Source: Nemertoderma westbladi
Taxonomy: Eukaryota; Animalia; Xenacoelomorpha
NCBI GenBank assembly: GCA_032718475.1
Contig: JAUCBJ010002998.1
Location: forward strand, 1 to 54,550
Direction: 5' to 3'
Length of the DNA: 54,550 bases
Shown here one piece after another: positions 13,186 through 25,800 of this stretch (positions are counted from its first letter, which is position 1; every line of letters begins with the position of its first letter). The notes below the pieces were generated by a model. The model saw only the letters and a list, made by a program, of their open reading frames with translations, did no database searches and had not been told where the DNA came from. The position numbers were made by a program, and so were the translations under genes.

Positions 13186-15239
13186 CTAAAGATTCAATTT
13201 TTACTACTTTATGTATAAATAATATAGGATTGATTATAATATAAAAAATTACTAATATAGATTATCTTTTCATTCTAATCTACTTAATCTACTCTAACCT
13301 ACTGTACTAATAGCCTACGCAATAATTCAAATATAATATTAATACAGACAATTACAATTATAATTAAATTTATGGGAACAGGTTTAATCTGGCACATTTT
13401 GGGCCACTATAACATTGAACATGGGACCGAAAATAAGCCAGATTGAATTCATCATTTAATTTCTAGCTATTTATATGCAGTTTTATGTTCGTCAATTCTA
13501 CTGGCTGGTCATTCTCTATGCCTACACTCACACAGTTTCTATTTGTTCGCAAATTAATTGTATTCGAAATTCTGCGATCAGCAATGACGTTTGATATAAT
13601 CATTCCTACCTATTGTTTTTTTGTATTATATCCCGGTATATATGGCCGTCCCCGCGGGAACATTTTTATTTATTAATTACTTGTGGATTAAAAATGAACG
13701 TATGTATGTAGATGTAATATATTCTTGTTAAATATCCATTCACATGTGTCCGTTAGAACGTGCGCATGTACAGTACGCACAAGTTTACCGGGTACATATT
13801 GAAATCAACGAATTAGTGTGTGTCAGTGCTATTTTATTTAAAAATAATTAAATTGTTTTGTGTTTAAATGTATATAATTAAGTGAATTTATATAAAATGA
13901 AAAAAATAAACAATAAATATATAAACAAACGCTTAATTTTATTATTAATTGCAAATTGGAAAAATTAGTCGGGAATCAAAGAGTTGATGATCACCAAAGT
14001 ATAAACATAGAGTAAAAACAAACTAATTACAAGTCATATGTTATTATTTTGGGTTGAGTTTTCCGAAATATAGTAGTTACCTAGTATTTTTCCATTAGAT
14101 AAATGTGGCTCTTCGTGGCAGTTGTTAGCTATATTAATATTAATAAGTTGGCTGACGTTTGCAGAAGCAATGGCCTGGATCAGGCAACTTATATGACAGG
14201 GGAGTTTCAAAGAGTACTAAAGCTGTAGCCTTTATATTATAATATCATTATTATTAATGTTGCTCTTGTATTCATCAATGTATTTGACTTTCCAACCAAA
14301 TTACATGCAGGTGAAATTGGTGTAGTTGCTCTATTGGGGATGACATTGACATGCGTTAAACTGGCTGATTGAAATCATGGCATAAAATTGGGATGTAATG
14401 CAGTTGCTATTGTGTGTGTTATCCAACAGGAACATTTCACCTGGAACTTACTCCTTTGTTGTCTATAGTAAGGTACAACTTTTTTCATTTCACGGTTCAA
14501 AAGATTAGCATTTAGAAGCAGTGGGACTAACTATATCCTTTACTAACTACAGTTTTGTGTTTGTCGCTAACTAACTCACATACTTACTAACAACATTAGC
14601 AGCATACTATACGTAACAAACACGCTATCAACCAAAAATTACTATAAAGCCCAACTGCACCTGCTGTAATCCCTAGGAGGGTTGGCGGTAACCCTAGGTT
14701 ACTAAAACCTGTCAATTATAACTTTTAGATGATTGTGAGTTGCAAGAACTCTTGGATTTGCTGTATGTTGACAGTAAATATGAAATGGAGTGAATATAAA
14801 ATTGACAAAGTCATAATTAGTAATTATTGTAGTTTACAGTTTACAGTTGTAATTTTTGTCCAGAATAATTGCTAGAAAGTCAAATACAAAATATTATTAC
14901 ATATTTAAGTTATACATTTCTTTAAAAGTTATACTGCAGGAAACAAGATGACAATACTGCCCTCCAAAGGCAAAGGCACAGGGGCAAAGGGGTAAATAGT
15001 GCAAAATGAAGCCAATACTTCTAAGCAATCATCTGATAAATCATTGACACCCCTTGGTGGTTGTTTGACATTTTTATTTGAAGTTTACCTAACTCGATTA
15101 TTGCTAAATTTCGTGTTATACAAAGTCAAAAGCGCCTAAATCAAATTACAAAGTCAATTTAACGTAATTGTAATATTATAGTTGTGTTCGAAAAATCCTC
15201 CGAATACAAACAATTTTAAATACATAAATGAGTTATTTA

Positions 15240-15447
15240 GACCGTTATGACGTAAGGGATTAAGGGTCGTTCACCACAGTTTTATAAAAAAATAATCAGT
15301 TTCACCGTATGACGGGCGTCTTCAGCGGTGTTATAATCCAATAAGCAGTATTCAAATAAAATTTATTAAAAATATTTTATTTAATTAACCACTGCTATTG
15401 ATAAGAGGATCGCGGTGTAGTGTTGTACCCCTTACGTCATAACGGTC
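15240..15447. mobile_element. 208-bp MITE with perfect TIRs and TA flanks
   Basis: TTTAGACCGTTATGACGTAAGGG (15236-15258) is the perfect reverse complement of 15429-15451; TA at 15238-39 and 15448-49. Confidence 0.8.
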
Positions 15448-16069
15448 TAAACAATTATGAATACGCCACGAAAAACGTCGGTCCGATTTTTGGAATCCCT
15501 ACAGAAATGAGTTATGTCATTCTGCCATTGTATCCGTTTTCTTTTTCATGTGGGAACTGCCAGACTGCATAAGGCGAAAACACTTAACTGAGTTTAAGTG
15601 GCCTCGTTTCGCTCTATAGCCATATGGATATGTACGAAATGTATAAGAAAAAACGTATCAGAGTATGCCCCTCTATCCAATGATATATAACACACCCCTA
15701 GTAACTACAGCATACTAAAACCGCATACAAAAAACCTTTGGGGCTTGATATCTCGGAATGGGGTTTTTGGAGTTACGCGCCTTTACCTTTTGAGGGCACA
15801 ATATTAATGGTTTGCAATTCAAATATTGCAATATTCAATAGAGCTCTAACTTTATTCATATACTAAAAATTATACTTAATGTCTGTGTATATAAATGACA
15901 AAGATGGTTGCTGAATTTATGATTTCTGCTAAAATCAGTCCAAAAGAGATTGGAGGAGAAATTGGATGTAGGTGCCAGAAACTCAAGCGTTGCAGCTGCG
16001 CCATTAATATCAGCAGCGTTTAAAGCTTTATAAAAAATAAATTCCATATAATTATACAACACGAAAAAA

Positions 16070-16188
16070 AATTATTTATCGAATGTTCTAGAATAATTAA
16101 ATTATTTATCGAATGTTCTAGAATAATTAAATTATTTATCGAATGTTCTAGAATAATTAAATTATTTATCGAATGTTCTAGAATAATT
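16070..16188. repeat. 30-bp tandem repeat x4
   Basis: AATTATTTATCGAATGTTCTAGAATAATTA repeated four times. Confidence 0.95.
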
Positions 16189-16695
16189 TACGCTGGCTAA
16201 TCAAACAGGCCCCCCTACAAATTGGAGAAAATGACAATTTAATTCCAAATGTGGCAGTTGGTGAATTTTGTTTATATATTGTGTCAACGTATATATATAT
16301 TGTGTTCTATACAATAATTATACAGCGCAATACACGATCACACAATTATTTAAACAAATCACTACTGCCCCCCTTATCCGCTACAAAATTGGGATGATTA
16401 ATAGTTCGGTACCGATACTGTTTCTTATCGCGATTTCGTTACACATTTGTGGATGCGGGTTGTTATAAAAGCTGTGATTTTAAGGGTGATATAGAAAATA
16501 ACCACTTTTTCTGCAATTTATATAAAGTTGATGTAAAATAAAAAAAAGTTGATGTGTTAATATAAAGTAACACAACAAAGGCAGCAAGGGGGGGGGGGGG
16601 GGGACTGGACGCAATAAAAATTAATCCCTCTCCAGGGGAAATTGGCAGATGATTACTCTCAAAAATAAAACTGTAACCTGTTCTATTGTGTTTAG

Positions 16696-16900
16696 TTTAT
16701 TGTTTTGGTTAAAATAACGTGCCACTGTAACCTGCTCCTTTCTCCTTAAAATAACGTGCCACTGTAACCTGCTCCTTTCTCCTTAAAATAACGTGCCACT
16801 GTAACCTGCTCCTTTCTCCAAATTGAGAATTTAACATTGAGGCGGGATATTAATTCGCCAAGGCGAGTTTTGCGCCCAGTTTCCCCACCTATCTCTTAAT
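16696..16900. repeat. Copy of the dispersed repeat with an internal 37-bp triplication
   Basis: TAAAATAACGTGCCACTGTAACCTGCTCCTTTCTCC x3; flanks are homologous to 3686-3822. Confidence 0.85.
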
Positions 16901-18038
16901 TCGATGGCCAATTACAAGCCATCTTTCTCACTTGTACACAATTGGATCCAAGTGGCATTATAGTAACTTGCGTAATAATTTCCTATATGTTTTGGTGTCG
17001 GTGTGGTTCCTTAATCAATTTGGGAAACTTAATGTGTGTTATGTGTGTTGGAGTGATTTACCAGTGTAGCTGTTTAATATTGTGGCTGGAGTTTTATTGC
17101 GATATTGGAATTTTATGGTAAATAATGTGTGTTAAAAATTGGTATTAAAATCGCTGGCAAACCTTCAGCATTCGAGATTTTTTATTTTTTTATTTTTTTA
17201 AACAACAGGCCCTTTATTTTAGAAAAGCCATTAGACTACCAAACGTGGGAAAATAGCTTTACCAATCTACGAGTTGCGTTGCACCTTATTATTTTATAAA
17301 ATTTGCAAAAAGAATAAAAATTACTCTGTGCAGTGCTGTGCAGTGCATGAGTGTACCGTCACTTCCAGCCATGAGCGTGGCTGGTAGTGTAATAAACACT
17401 TCTTTTGAAAAATAATTGTTGGTAGGTTACATTTATTTAAACATTCAGCACCCGAATTTTTTTAATAAATCTAGGATCTTATTTTATAAAAGTGGTTTAT
17501 TATTGACTAGAAATCTATAATTTTAATATTAAAATAAGATTCTAGTTTTATAAAAACATGTTCATAATTCTCTGCACATAGGAGTAGAAACAAGAAATAG
17601 ATGGTACCTTTACGGGTAGAGATTAAATTCAAATTTATGACTGTTAGTATTCAAATTTATTTCTACCTGATTAATTAATTAATTTTGTCGTAAACATATG
17701 AGAATGAACTTATGGTGATTCATTTAGGAAAATTAATGACTTAAAACAAAAATGAACATTTAATAAATTATTTCATTAGCATACAATCTACATTTATTAT
17801 TAGTAAAGGAATGCACCCATATGTTGAATTATTGATATGAAAATTAGATATAATATATTATATAAAAAGATAATCCGAACAAACAGTATTTATTCTTTCA
17901 AACTATATTATTAATAAAACTCTAAATATTGACTAATTATAAGAAAACAATGTGTTGGTGAGATGGTTTTGTTTTTATGCAGTGTAGAATGGCGTCCATT
18001 GGTCAATAATATTAACAACAATTATGTTCTAGCCATAT

Positions 18039-19433
18039 TCATGACAAATGTGTTGCATCATGGTAATACCTTGGCCAATATATTATCCAGTACACTGTAA
18101 TAAGGGTAAAAAATGCAACGGGAAAAAAGAAACGACTGAATTGGTCGATTTTGCTGACGGGAAAATCCCTCATGTAATACCGGCGTTCGGCCGACATTTG
18201 TCGACTAGGCGGTAGGATCATTCCACGAAGCCGTTGCCACGAGTTGACGCTATCCCGACTCACCTGTGTTGTCACCGCCGTGCAGTTACGCACTGGAGTC
18301 TCGCTGTTTTGTCGTGAAACAGCGGTGTAAAGGTTGCCCTTCGAATCTTTCCTATTTTTACGCTTAGCGAATTCCTGTTCTAGATAACAAACCGCAGCAA
18401 ATTCAATTAAACTCGCGAAAACAAAGATAAAACAACCAGCGTAATACAGGTCTATGGCTTTCATGTATGAAATCTTGGGCATGTTGCTGTTGGTTGAGTC
18501 TATTAGTGTGAGAATGGTGAGCACAGCTGTGATACCGAGGGAGGCCCTGGCTGGTATGGAGCTCTGACCCACCCAGAAGGATACCCAAGATAGCATAACA
18601 ATAAGAGTACTGGGAACATACATCTGGATAATGAAGTACAAAGTGTTCCGCCCAAATGTGAATTTGGCCCTCAAGGTGGGCCAATTCCCTGTACTGAGAT
18701 TGCGTTCGAAGTATTCATAGGTGTGGTTAATGCGCTTAAAATTTGCTAAAGTAACCTTATCAGATATTGTAATGGCGTCTCTAGCGCCAGGGATGACCTC
18801 GGTCCACTGGTAGACCATGTCGTCGGAGGTGTACCCATAGCTGGCGATGCGTAGTTGGCAGGTCTGTATATCCATCGGGTAGTCTTTTAGGTTCATATCG
18901 CAGCCATTCTTAACAGTCGCCCTGAAACTCATTAGGATTTTCCCGTCTGGATGCAGTCGGAAGAACATATTCTTCGCAGTGACGTCATGAATATATGATT
19001 TAGTTTCCGAGTGGAAAAATGAATCGGGCATCCAGATTTGCAAGGCGAATTCGGAGTTGAGAACGATTGACTTGGGTAACGGGGGCTCAACGAGGTGCGA
19101 GTATTGGAGTCGCTCGTCATACCAGTACTGTCGGAGGTACAAAGTCAGAGCAAAACTCATCTCGAATTCCGAGATTGGGCCCATATTGACGATGTGCATT
19201 GTCACATTGACAACGACTGGATCGCCCCCGGCATCTGGTCGTAGTCTGCGGTCGTAGCGTCCAACCGAGTCGTTATGACTCTTCAGTAATTTAGTTAAGA
19301 TTTCTCTTTGCTTGACTTGTGAGGATGACCCATTTCCATATGCCGGAACCAATGATAGTAATGTAATTAAAATGACAGTGGCAAAGAAATGATTTAGTAT
19401 ATAGTGAGTCATTGTTATTATTTTAGATATCAT
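18039..19433 (-). CDS. Cys-loop ligand-gated chloride channel subunit (GABA-A/RDL/glycine receptor-like), intronless CDS, 464 aa, paralog 2
   Basis: ATG at 19433 (alternative 19412). Signal peptide, YDRRLRP, YLRQYW, IWMPDSFF, Cys-loop CDMNLKDYPMDIQTC, M2 PARASLGITAVLT, four TM segments; collinear with paralog 1. A possible 5'-UTR splice acceptor TTAATTTTACAG ends at 19477. Confidence 0.95.
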   Translation of the reverse strand: MISKIITMTHYILNHFFATVILITLLSLVPAYGNGSSSQVKQREILTKLLKSHNDSVGRYDRRLRPDAGGDPVVVNVTMHIVNMGPISEFEMSFALTLYLRQYWYDERLQYSHLVEPPLPKSIVLNSEFALQIWMPDSFFHSETKSYIHDVTAKNMFFRLHPDGKILMSFRATVKNGCDMNLKDYPMDIQTCQLRIASYGYTSDDMVYQWTEVIPGARDAITISDKVTLANFKRINHTYEYFERNLSTGNWPTLRAKFTFGRNTLYFIIQMYVPSTLIVMLSWVSFWVGQSSIPARASLGITAVLTILTLIDSTNSNMPKISYMKAIDLYYAGCFIFVFASLIEFAAVCYLEQEFAKRKNRKDSKGNLYTAVSRQNSETPVRNCTAVTTQVSRDSVNSWQRLRGMILPPSRQMSAERRYYMRDFPVSKIDQFSRFFFPVAFFTLITVYWIIYWPRYYHDATHLS

Positions 19434-22400
19434 AACATTTGGTAGATGACATTATGCGCTTATTATAAATAGCACACTGTAAAATTAATGTACTGTATGT
19501 ATAGAATATAGACAAGTCAGTGAATTAAATTTTATACACATGGTAATGTTACATTACAATAAACAAATCTGAAATTGAACAACATTAATAAATAGACTTA
19601 CAGTAAACAATGACATTCAATGGAATCTATTTTCATAGATTATTAATTATACTTATATTAATTATTAATTACTAATGTATTCATCAAAGTGCATCATTAT
19701 ACATTCCGCCCTAGGTGCGTACATGCATTAAATTGAGAATATATGTAATATATTTATTTGTGTGGAATTAATTTCAAACCATGAAATCGAACAGTGCGAC
19801 ATATTTTCAAGCTTTATATCCCAGTGCGAAATTATTTTTCATTATGCCATTACGCCACACATTTATGATGTACATCCATTATGTCACCTCGTCATATCTA
19901 AATACAAATATGAATTCGTTTGAAAATACGTAATAATTCCTCACAAATAAATATAATCAGATTCGCCATTAATCATAATTAGCACTTCACAGCTTTTACG
20001 GCCCTCGTTTTTTTTTATTTATTTGTTATACTGAATCGAATATCTCAGTATTGATATAAGCTTTATCTACTCCTAAGGTTTTTATAATTTACTTTAAGAG
20101 GATGAGGAACAGTTAAATTAAATTATTTTATGGAGATGCAGCTTGTCTAACGAGATATTAAAGATGCAATGTACATAAATATTACATGTTTATCTGGAAC
20201 GATTCGTGTACCTGACCATTGATAGTGTCCAAGTCCAACAACACTGAATATGTTTTGATACATTTCTTTAAATTATAGATATTTTAATTTTGAGAATTTA
20301 TTGAGGATTATTCCATATGAAATATGAACAAACTATTTAATTAGCAATGCGACTTGGTTGGATTGTTAGTTAATTCCCCAAATACAAAATCATTCTGTGT
20401 TATCGGAAAATTTGATTAATTTAGATACAAAGCGCTGTCCCTTGAGAATTAAATAAATATTTAAACCTATATAATAAATACAATAATTTGTTTTTATAGT
20501 GTTAATTGAACATGGCGGATCCAAAGCAATTATTACGCAAATGGATAGCAGGTTTCAGAGGAAGTAAATAAACAATTCGAAAATTTAAAGTTAATAACAA
20601 TTAAACCGAAATCCATATTCGATATAAATTTACTTAATATTTGAATCTCATTATCGTATTTTATTATTTATCATGGACAGACATCATATATTTTTTTATT
20701 CTATATTTATTGTTTTATTATTTTTATGTTTACGATACGACAGTATTCCCTACATATATTATCTTTATAGAATTCCATTTAATCATCATTTTGCTATCTA
20801 TTATCACGGACTTGCTTGCCTTTTATTTAATTATGCTAACTCATTGAATTTGGATGTTAACTTAGATTTCCAATCAAATGAATCAGAAATATGAATCAGT
20901 TCATCTCTTTGAAGGATAACAAACAATAGTCTTCATCAATTCGCCAAAGTTTGATTACCAGAATTTATTTATCAGGGGTTTCTGCAATCATGAACATTTT
21001 GATACAATAGTGCGTACAATAGTATGTGTAGGCGGTGGATCAATAATGATATATGACAATGCGACTTCTATATGCTAGGTAGTATTAGTATTGGTATTAC
21101 ACTGTAGGTATTTGTGATTACAATTGACAGGTCTAAGCCTATACGGAGACGTAGTATTATTATGAAACAAATACTTTTATAGTAAGCCTCTTTGTTATTT
21201 TATAGTAGCCAATAGCCATTGACATATTGTATGTATAGTATAATTAAAAACCTTTGAAGTGTGATAGCTAGCTGTAGTAGGCCTATATCGACCGAGCTGT
21301 AGCACATGTTCTACATTGTGTTTCCAGCTGTAGCACATTGTGTTTTTCATACTTTTTCTATAATAATATTAAAGATTGGATCAATCAGAAAGTTATGAGT
21401 CCACCAATATCTAACTTATTAAAAAAACTCACAGCTTTAAATATAACTATATCTTAAATTTTAATAAAGGCCTATTTCGGGTTGAGATGCATTTGTGTGA
21501 CATGTATACATGTTACTTGATGTAATCCTGCCATGCTAGTTCATAAGTATAGGTACCGGTGACGCGACCTAGGTAGCAGCGCACGAGATCCACCGCCTAA
21601 TCCAAGTTCTGTAAACAACCCCGAATTCTGTAATTCTATGAAGTGTTTCATAAGACCTCCCTTTGTGGCCAGAATGCATGACTTATTAGCATACCTTAAC
21701 GTTCCGCCTTTATAGCCCCCTATAGCCCAGCACTGAATTTACTTCATGGAGTATTTCACGACGAATAGAAAATATAATTTACAAACTATATTAAACTCAA
21801 CTAGGTACTCCATCCTCCATCTAAGCAATGCGCACCTATTTAATCTGTATACATTATATCAACAGGAAGGCGTTCTTAATTCAATAATCCCGTTAAAAAA
21901 GTTATAGGCGGGGCCGTTTACAGGACTTCCACTGATCATAAAGCAAAAGGTACTGGCTGAGTCCTGGGAGACTCAGATAAGTGAATTTCTACCTCATCAG
22001 CAAAAGTCGGCGTAATTAAATTTAAAATGAATACGGGTCGATGGATTAAGTTAATATAGCCCCCTAGCAGAGGGTAGGGATATGCCGCCTAATTACCCAG
22101 CAGCCGCACCACTACTGTCCTATTCTTGACCATCAAACTGATTGCAAGAAAACCCTAAGTTACGCAAATGCAATCGCCATGTATGTTGTTAACTGTTCCC
22201 TTCAACATGCTTTGATTCGATTCACCATATTCACCTCACCACCATTCACAGCACCGCACCGCATTGCGCCTCACGTCAGCAGGCGTACAATATATGCTAT
22301 GAGAAGTGCTTTAAATTTAAGAATTATATATATATATTTGTTGTAAGTTGTAACCAAGGACAACTAAGTAACGCATCTTATAGGGTTGCTGTAGTGGTTA

Positions 22401-22827
22401 ACAAAAAGGCACTTCAAGGCATTAAAGGGATCCGTAATTGTGTGTTTGAAGTTGATTTATTTGGATACAATTGGGATGGTCATGGATTCAATGATGGGTC
22501 TTACCTAGTCTAATAAGTAACCATAGATGCGAGGTGGAGTATTTCCAACTTTCTCATGGAATCATTTACATCATAAATAAGTCATACAATACTTACATAG
22601 GTGGAAGTCGAGAAGATGCTGGTATCATTGAGTATATCTACTCTTAGTTGCATTCCACAAGCTTATAAAAGTGTTGAAATAAATATGCAGTACATTGCAC
22701 ATTGCGCATTAATGTTGCCATAGTGAACGGTGATGCACTAACACAACATTAATGCTAAGCGCTGCCTATTTATGAATACGCTCTATACATAATTAATTAA
22801 CATTAAACATTTAGTAAAGCGTAGCGT

Positions 22828-25800
22828 AATACAATGCAATAGAGTTTATATATGGGGCCTGGGAATAAAACGCAATAGAGTTTATATATGGGGCCTGGGA
22901 ATACAACGCAATAGAGTTTATATAATATGGGGCCTGAGAATACAACGCAATAGAGTTTATATATGGGGCCTGGGAATACAACGCAATAGAGTTTATATAT
23001 GGGGCCTGGGAATACAATGCTATAGAGTTTATATATGGGGCCTGGGAATAAAACGCAATAGAGTTTATATATGGGGCCTGGGAATAAAACGCAATAGAGT
23101 TTATATATGGGGCTTGGGAATAAAACGCAATAGAGTTTATATATGGGTTCTGGGAATAAAACGCAATAGAGTTTATATATGGGGCCTGGGAATACAATGC
23201 AATAGAGTTTATATATGGGGCCTGGGAATACAATGCAATAGAGTTTATATATGGGGCCTGGGAATAAAACGCAATAGAGTTTATATATGGGTTCTGGGAA
23301 TAAAACGCAATAGAGTTTATATATGGGGCCTGGGAATAAAACGCAATAGAGTTTATATATGGGTTCTGGGAATAAAACGCAATAGAGTTTATATATGGGG
23401 CCTGGGAATACAATGCAATAGAGTTTATATATGGGGCCTGGGAATACAATGCAATAGAGTTTATATATGGGGCCTGGGAATAAAACGCAATAGAGTTTAT
23501 ATATGGGTTCTGGGAATAAAACGCAATAGAGTTTATATATGGGGCCTGGGAATAAAACGCAATAGAGTTTATATATGGGTTCTGGGAATAAAACGCAATA
23601 GAGTTTATATATGGGGCCTGGGAATACAATGCAATAGAGTTTATATAATATGGGGCCTGGGAATACAACGCAATAGAGTTTATATATGGGGCCTGGGAAT
23701 AAAACGCAATAGAGTTTATATATGGGTTCTGGGAATAAAACGCAATAGAGTTTATATATGGGGCCTGGGAATACAATGCAATAGAGTTTATATAATATGG
23801 GGCCTGGGAATACAAAGCAATAGAGTTTATATATGGGGCCTGGGAATAAAACGCAATAGAGTTAATATATGGGGCCTGGGAATAAAACGCAATAGAGTTT
23901 ATATATGGGGCCTGGGAATACAACGCAATAGAGTTTATATATGGGGCCTGGGAATACAATGCAATAGAGTTTATATATGGGGCCTGGGAATACAACGCCA
24001 TAGAGTTTATATATGGGGCCTGGGAATAAAACGCAATAGAGTTTATATATGGGACTTGGGAATACAATGCTATAGAGATTATATATGGGGCCTGGGAATA
24101 CAACGCAATAGAGTTTATATATGGGGCCTGGGAATACAACGCAATAGAGTTAATATATGGGGCCTGGGAATACAACGCAATAGAGTTTATATATGGGGCC
24201 TGGGAATACAAAGCAATACAGTTTATATATGGGGCCTGGGAATACAATGCTATAGAGTTTATATATGGGGCCTGGGAATACAACGCAATAGAGTTTATAT
24301 ATGGGGCCTGGGAATACAAAGCAATAGAGTTTATATATGGGGCTTGGGAATACAACGCAATAGAGTTTATATATGGGGCCTGGGAATACAACGCAATAGA
24401 GTTTATATATGGGGCCTGGGAATACAAAGCAATACAGTTTATATATGGGGCCTGGGAATACAATGCTATAGAGTTTATATATGGGGCCTGGGAATACAAC
24501 GCAATAGAGTTTATATATGGGGCCTGGGAATACAAAGCAATAGAGTTTATATATGGGGCTTGGGAATACAACGCAATAGAGTTTATATATGGGGCCTGGG
24601 AATACAAAGCAATAGAGTTTATATATGGGGCCTGGGAATACAAAGCAATAGAGTTTATATATGGGGCCTGGGAATACAAAGCAATAGAATTTATATGTGG
24701 GGCCTGGAAATACAATGCAATAGAGTTTATATATGGGGCCTGGGAATAAAACGCAATAGAGTTTATATATGGGGCCTGGGAATACAATGCTATAGAGTTT
24801 ATATATGGGGCCTGGGATTACAATGCAATAGAGTTTATATATGGGGCCTGGGAATATAACGCAATAGAGATTATATATGGGGCCTGGGAATACAATGCTA
24901 TAGAGTTTATATATGGGGCCTGGGAATACAAAGCAATATAGTTTATATATGGGGCCTGGGAATACAAAGCAATAGAGTTTATATATGTGGCCTGGGAATA
25001 CAACGCAATAGAGTTTATATGTGGGGCCTGGAAATACAACGCAATAGAGTTTATATATGGGGCCTGGGAATACAAAGCAAAATAGTTTATATATGGGGCC
25101 TGGGAATACAAAGCAATAGAGTTTATATATGTGGCCTGGGAATACAACGCAATAGAGTTTATATATGGGGCCTGGGAATACAAAGCAATAGAGTTTATAT
25201 GTGGGGCCTGGGAATACAAAGCAATAGAGTTAATATATGTGGCCTGGGAAAACAAAGCAATAAAATTTATATGTGGGGCCTGGGAATACAATGCTATAGA
25301 GTTTATATATGGGGCCTGGGAATACAATGCTATAGAGTTTATATATGGGGCCTGGGAATACAAAGCAATAGAGTTTATATATGGGGCCTGGGAATACAAA
25401 GCAATAGAGTTTATATGTGGGGCCTGGGAATACAAAGCAATAGAGTTTATATATGGGGCCTGGGAATACAACGCAATAGAGTTTATATTTGGGGCCTGGG
25501 AATACAAAGCAATAGAGTTTATATATGGGGCCTGGGAATACAAAGCAATAGAGTTTATATTTGGGGCCTGGGAATACAAAGCAATAGAATTTATATGTGG
25601 GGCCGGGGAATACAAAGCAATAGAATTTATATGTGGGGCCTGGGAATACAAAGCAATAGAGTTTATATTTGGGGCCTGGGAATACAAAGCAATAGAGTTT
25701 ATATGTGGGGCCTGGGAATACAAAGCAATAGAATTTATATGTGGGGCCTGGAAATACAAAGCAATAGAGTTAATATATGTGGCCTGGGAAAACAAAGCAA

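Noticed and set aside
22380-22650. Protein-like open stretches left of the satellite
   Set aside because: Short, interrupted by stops, with no recognisable family or convincing splice pair.
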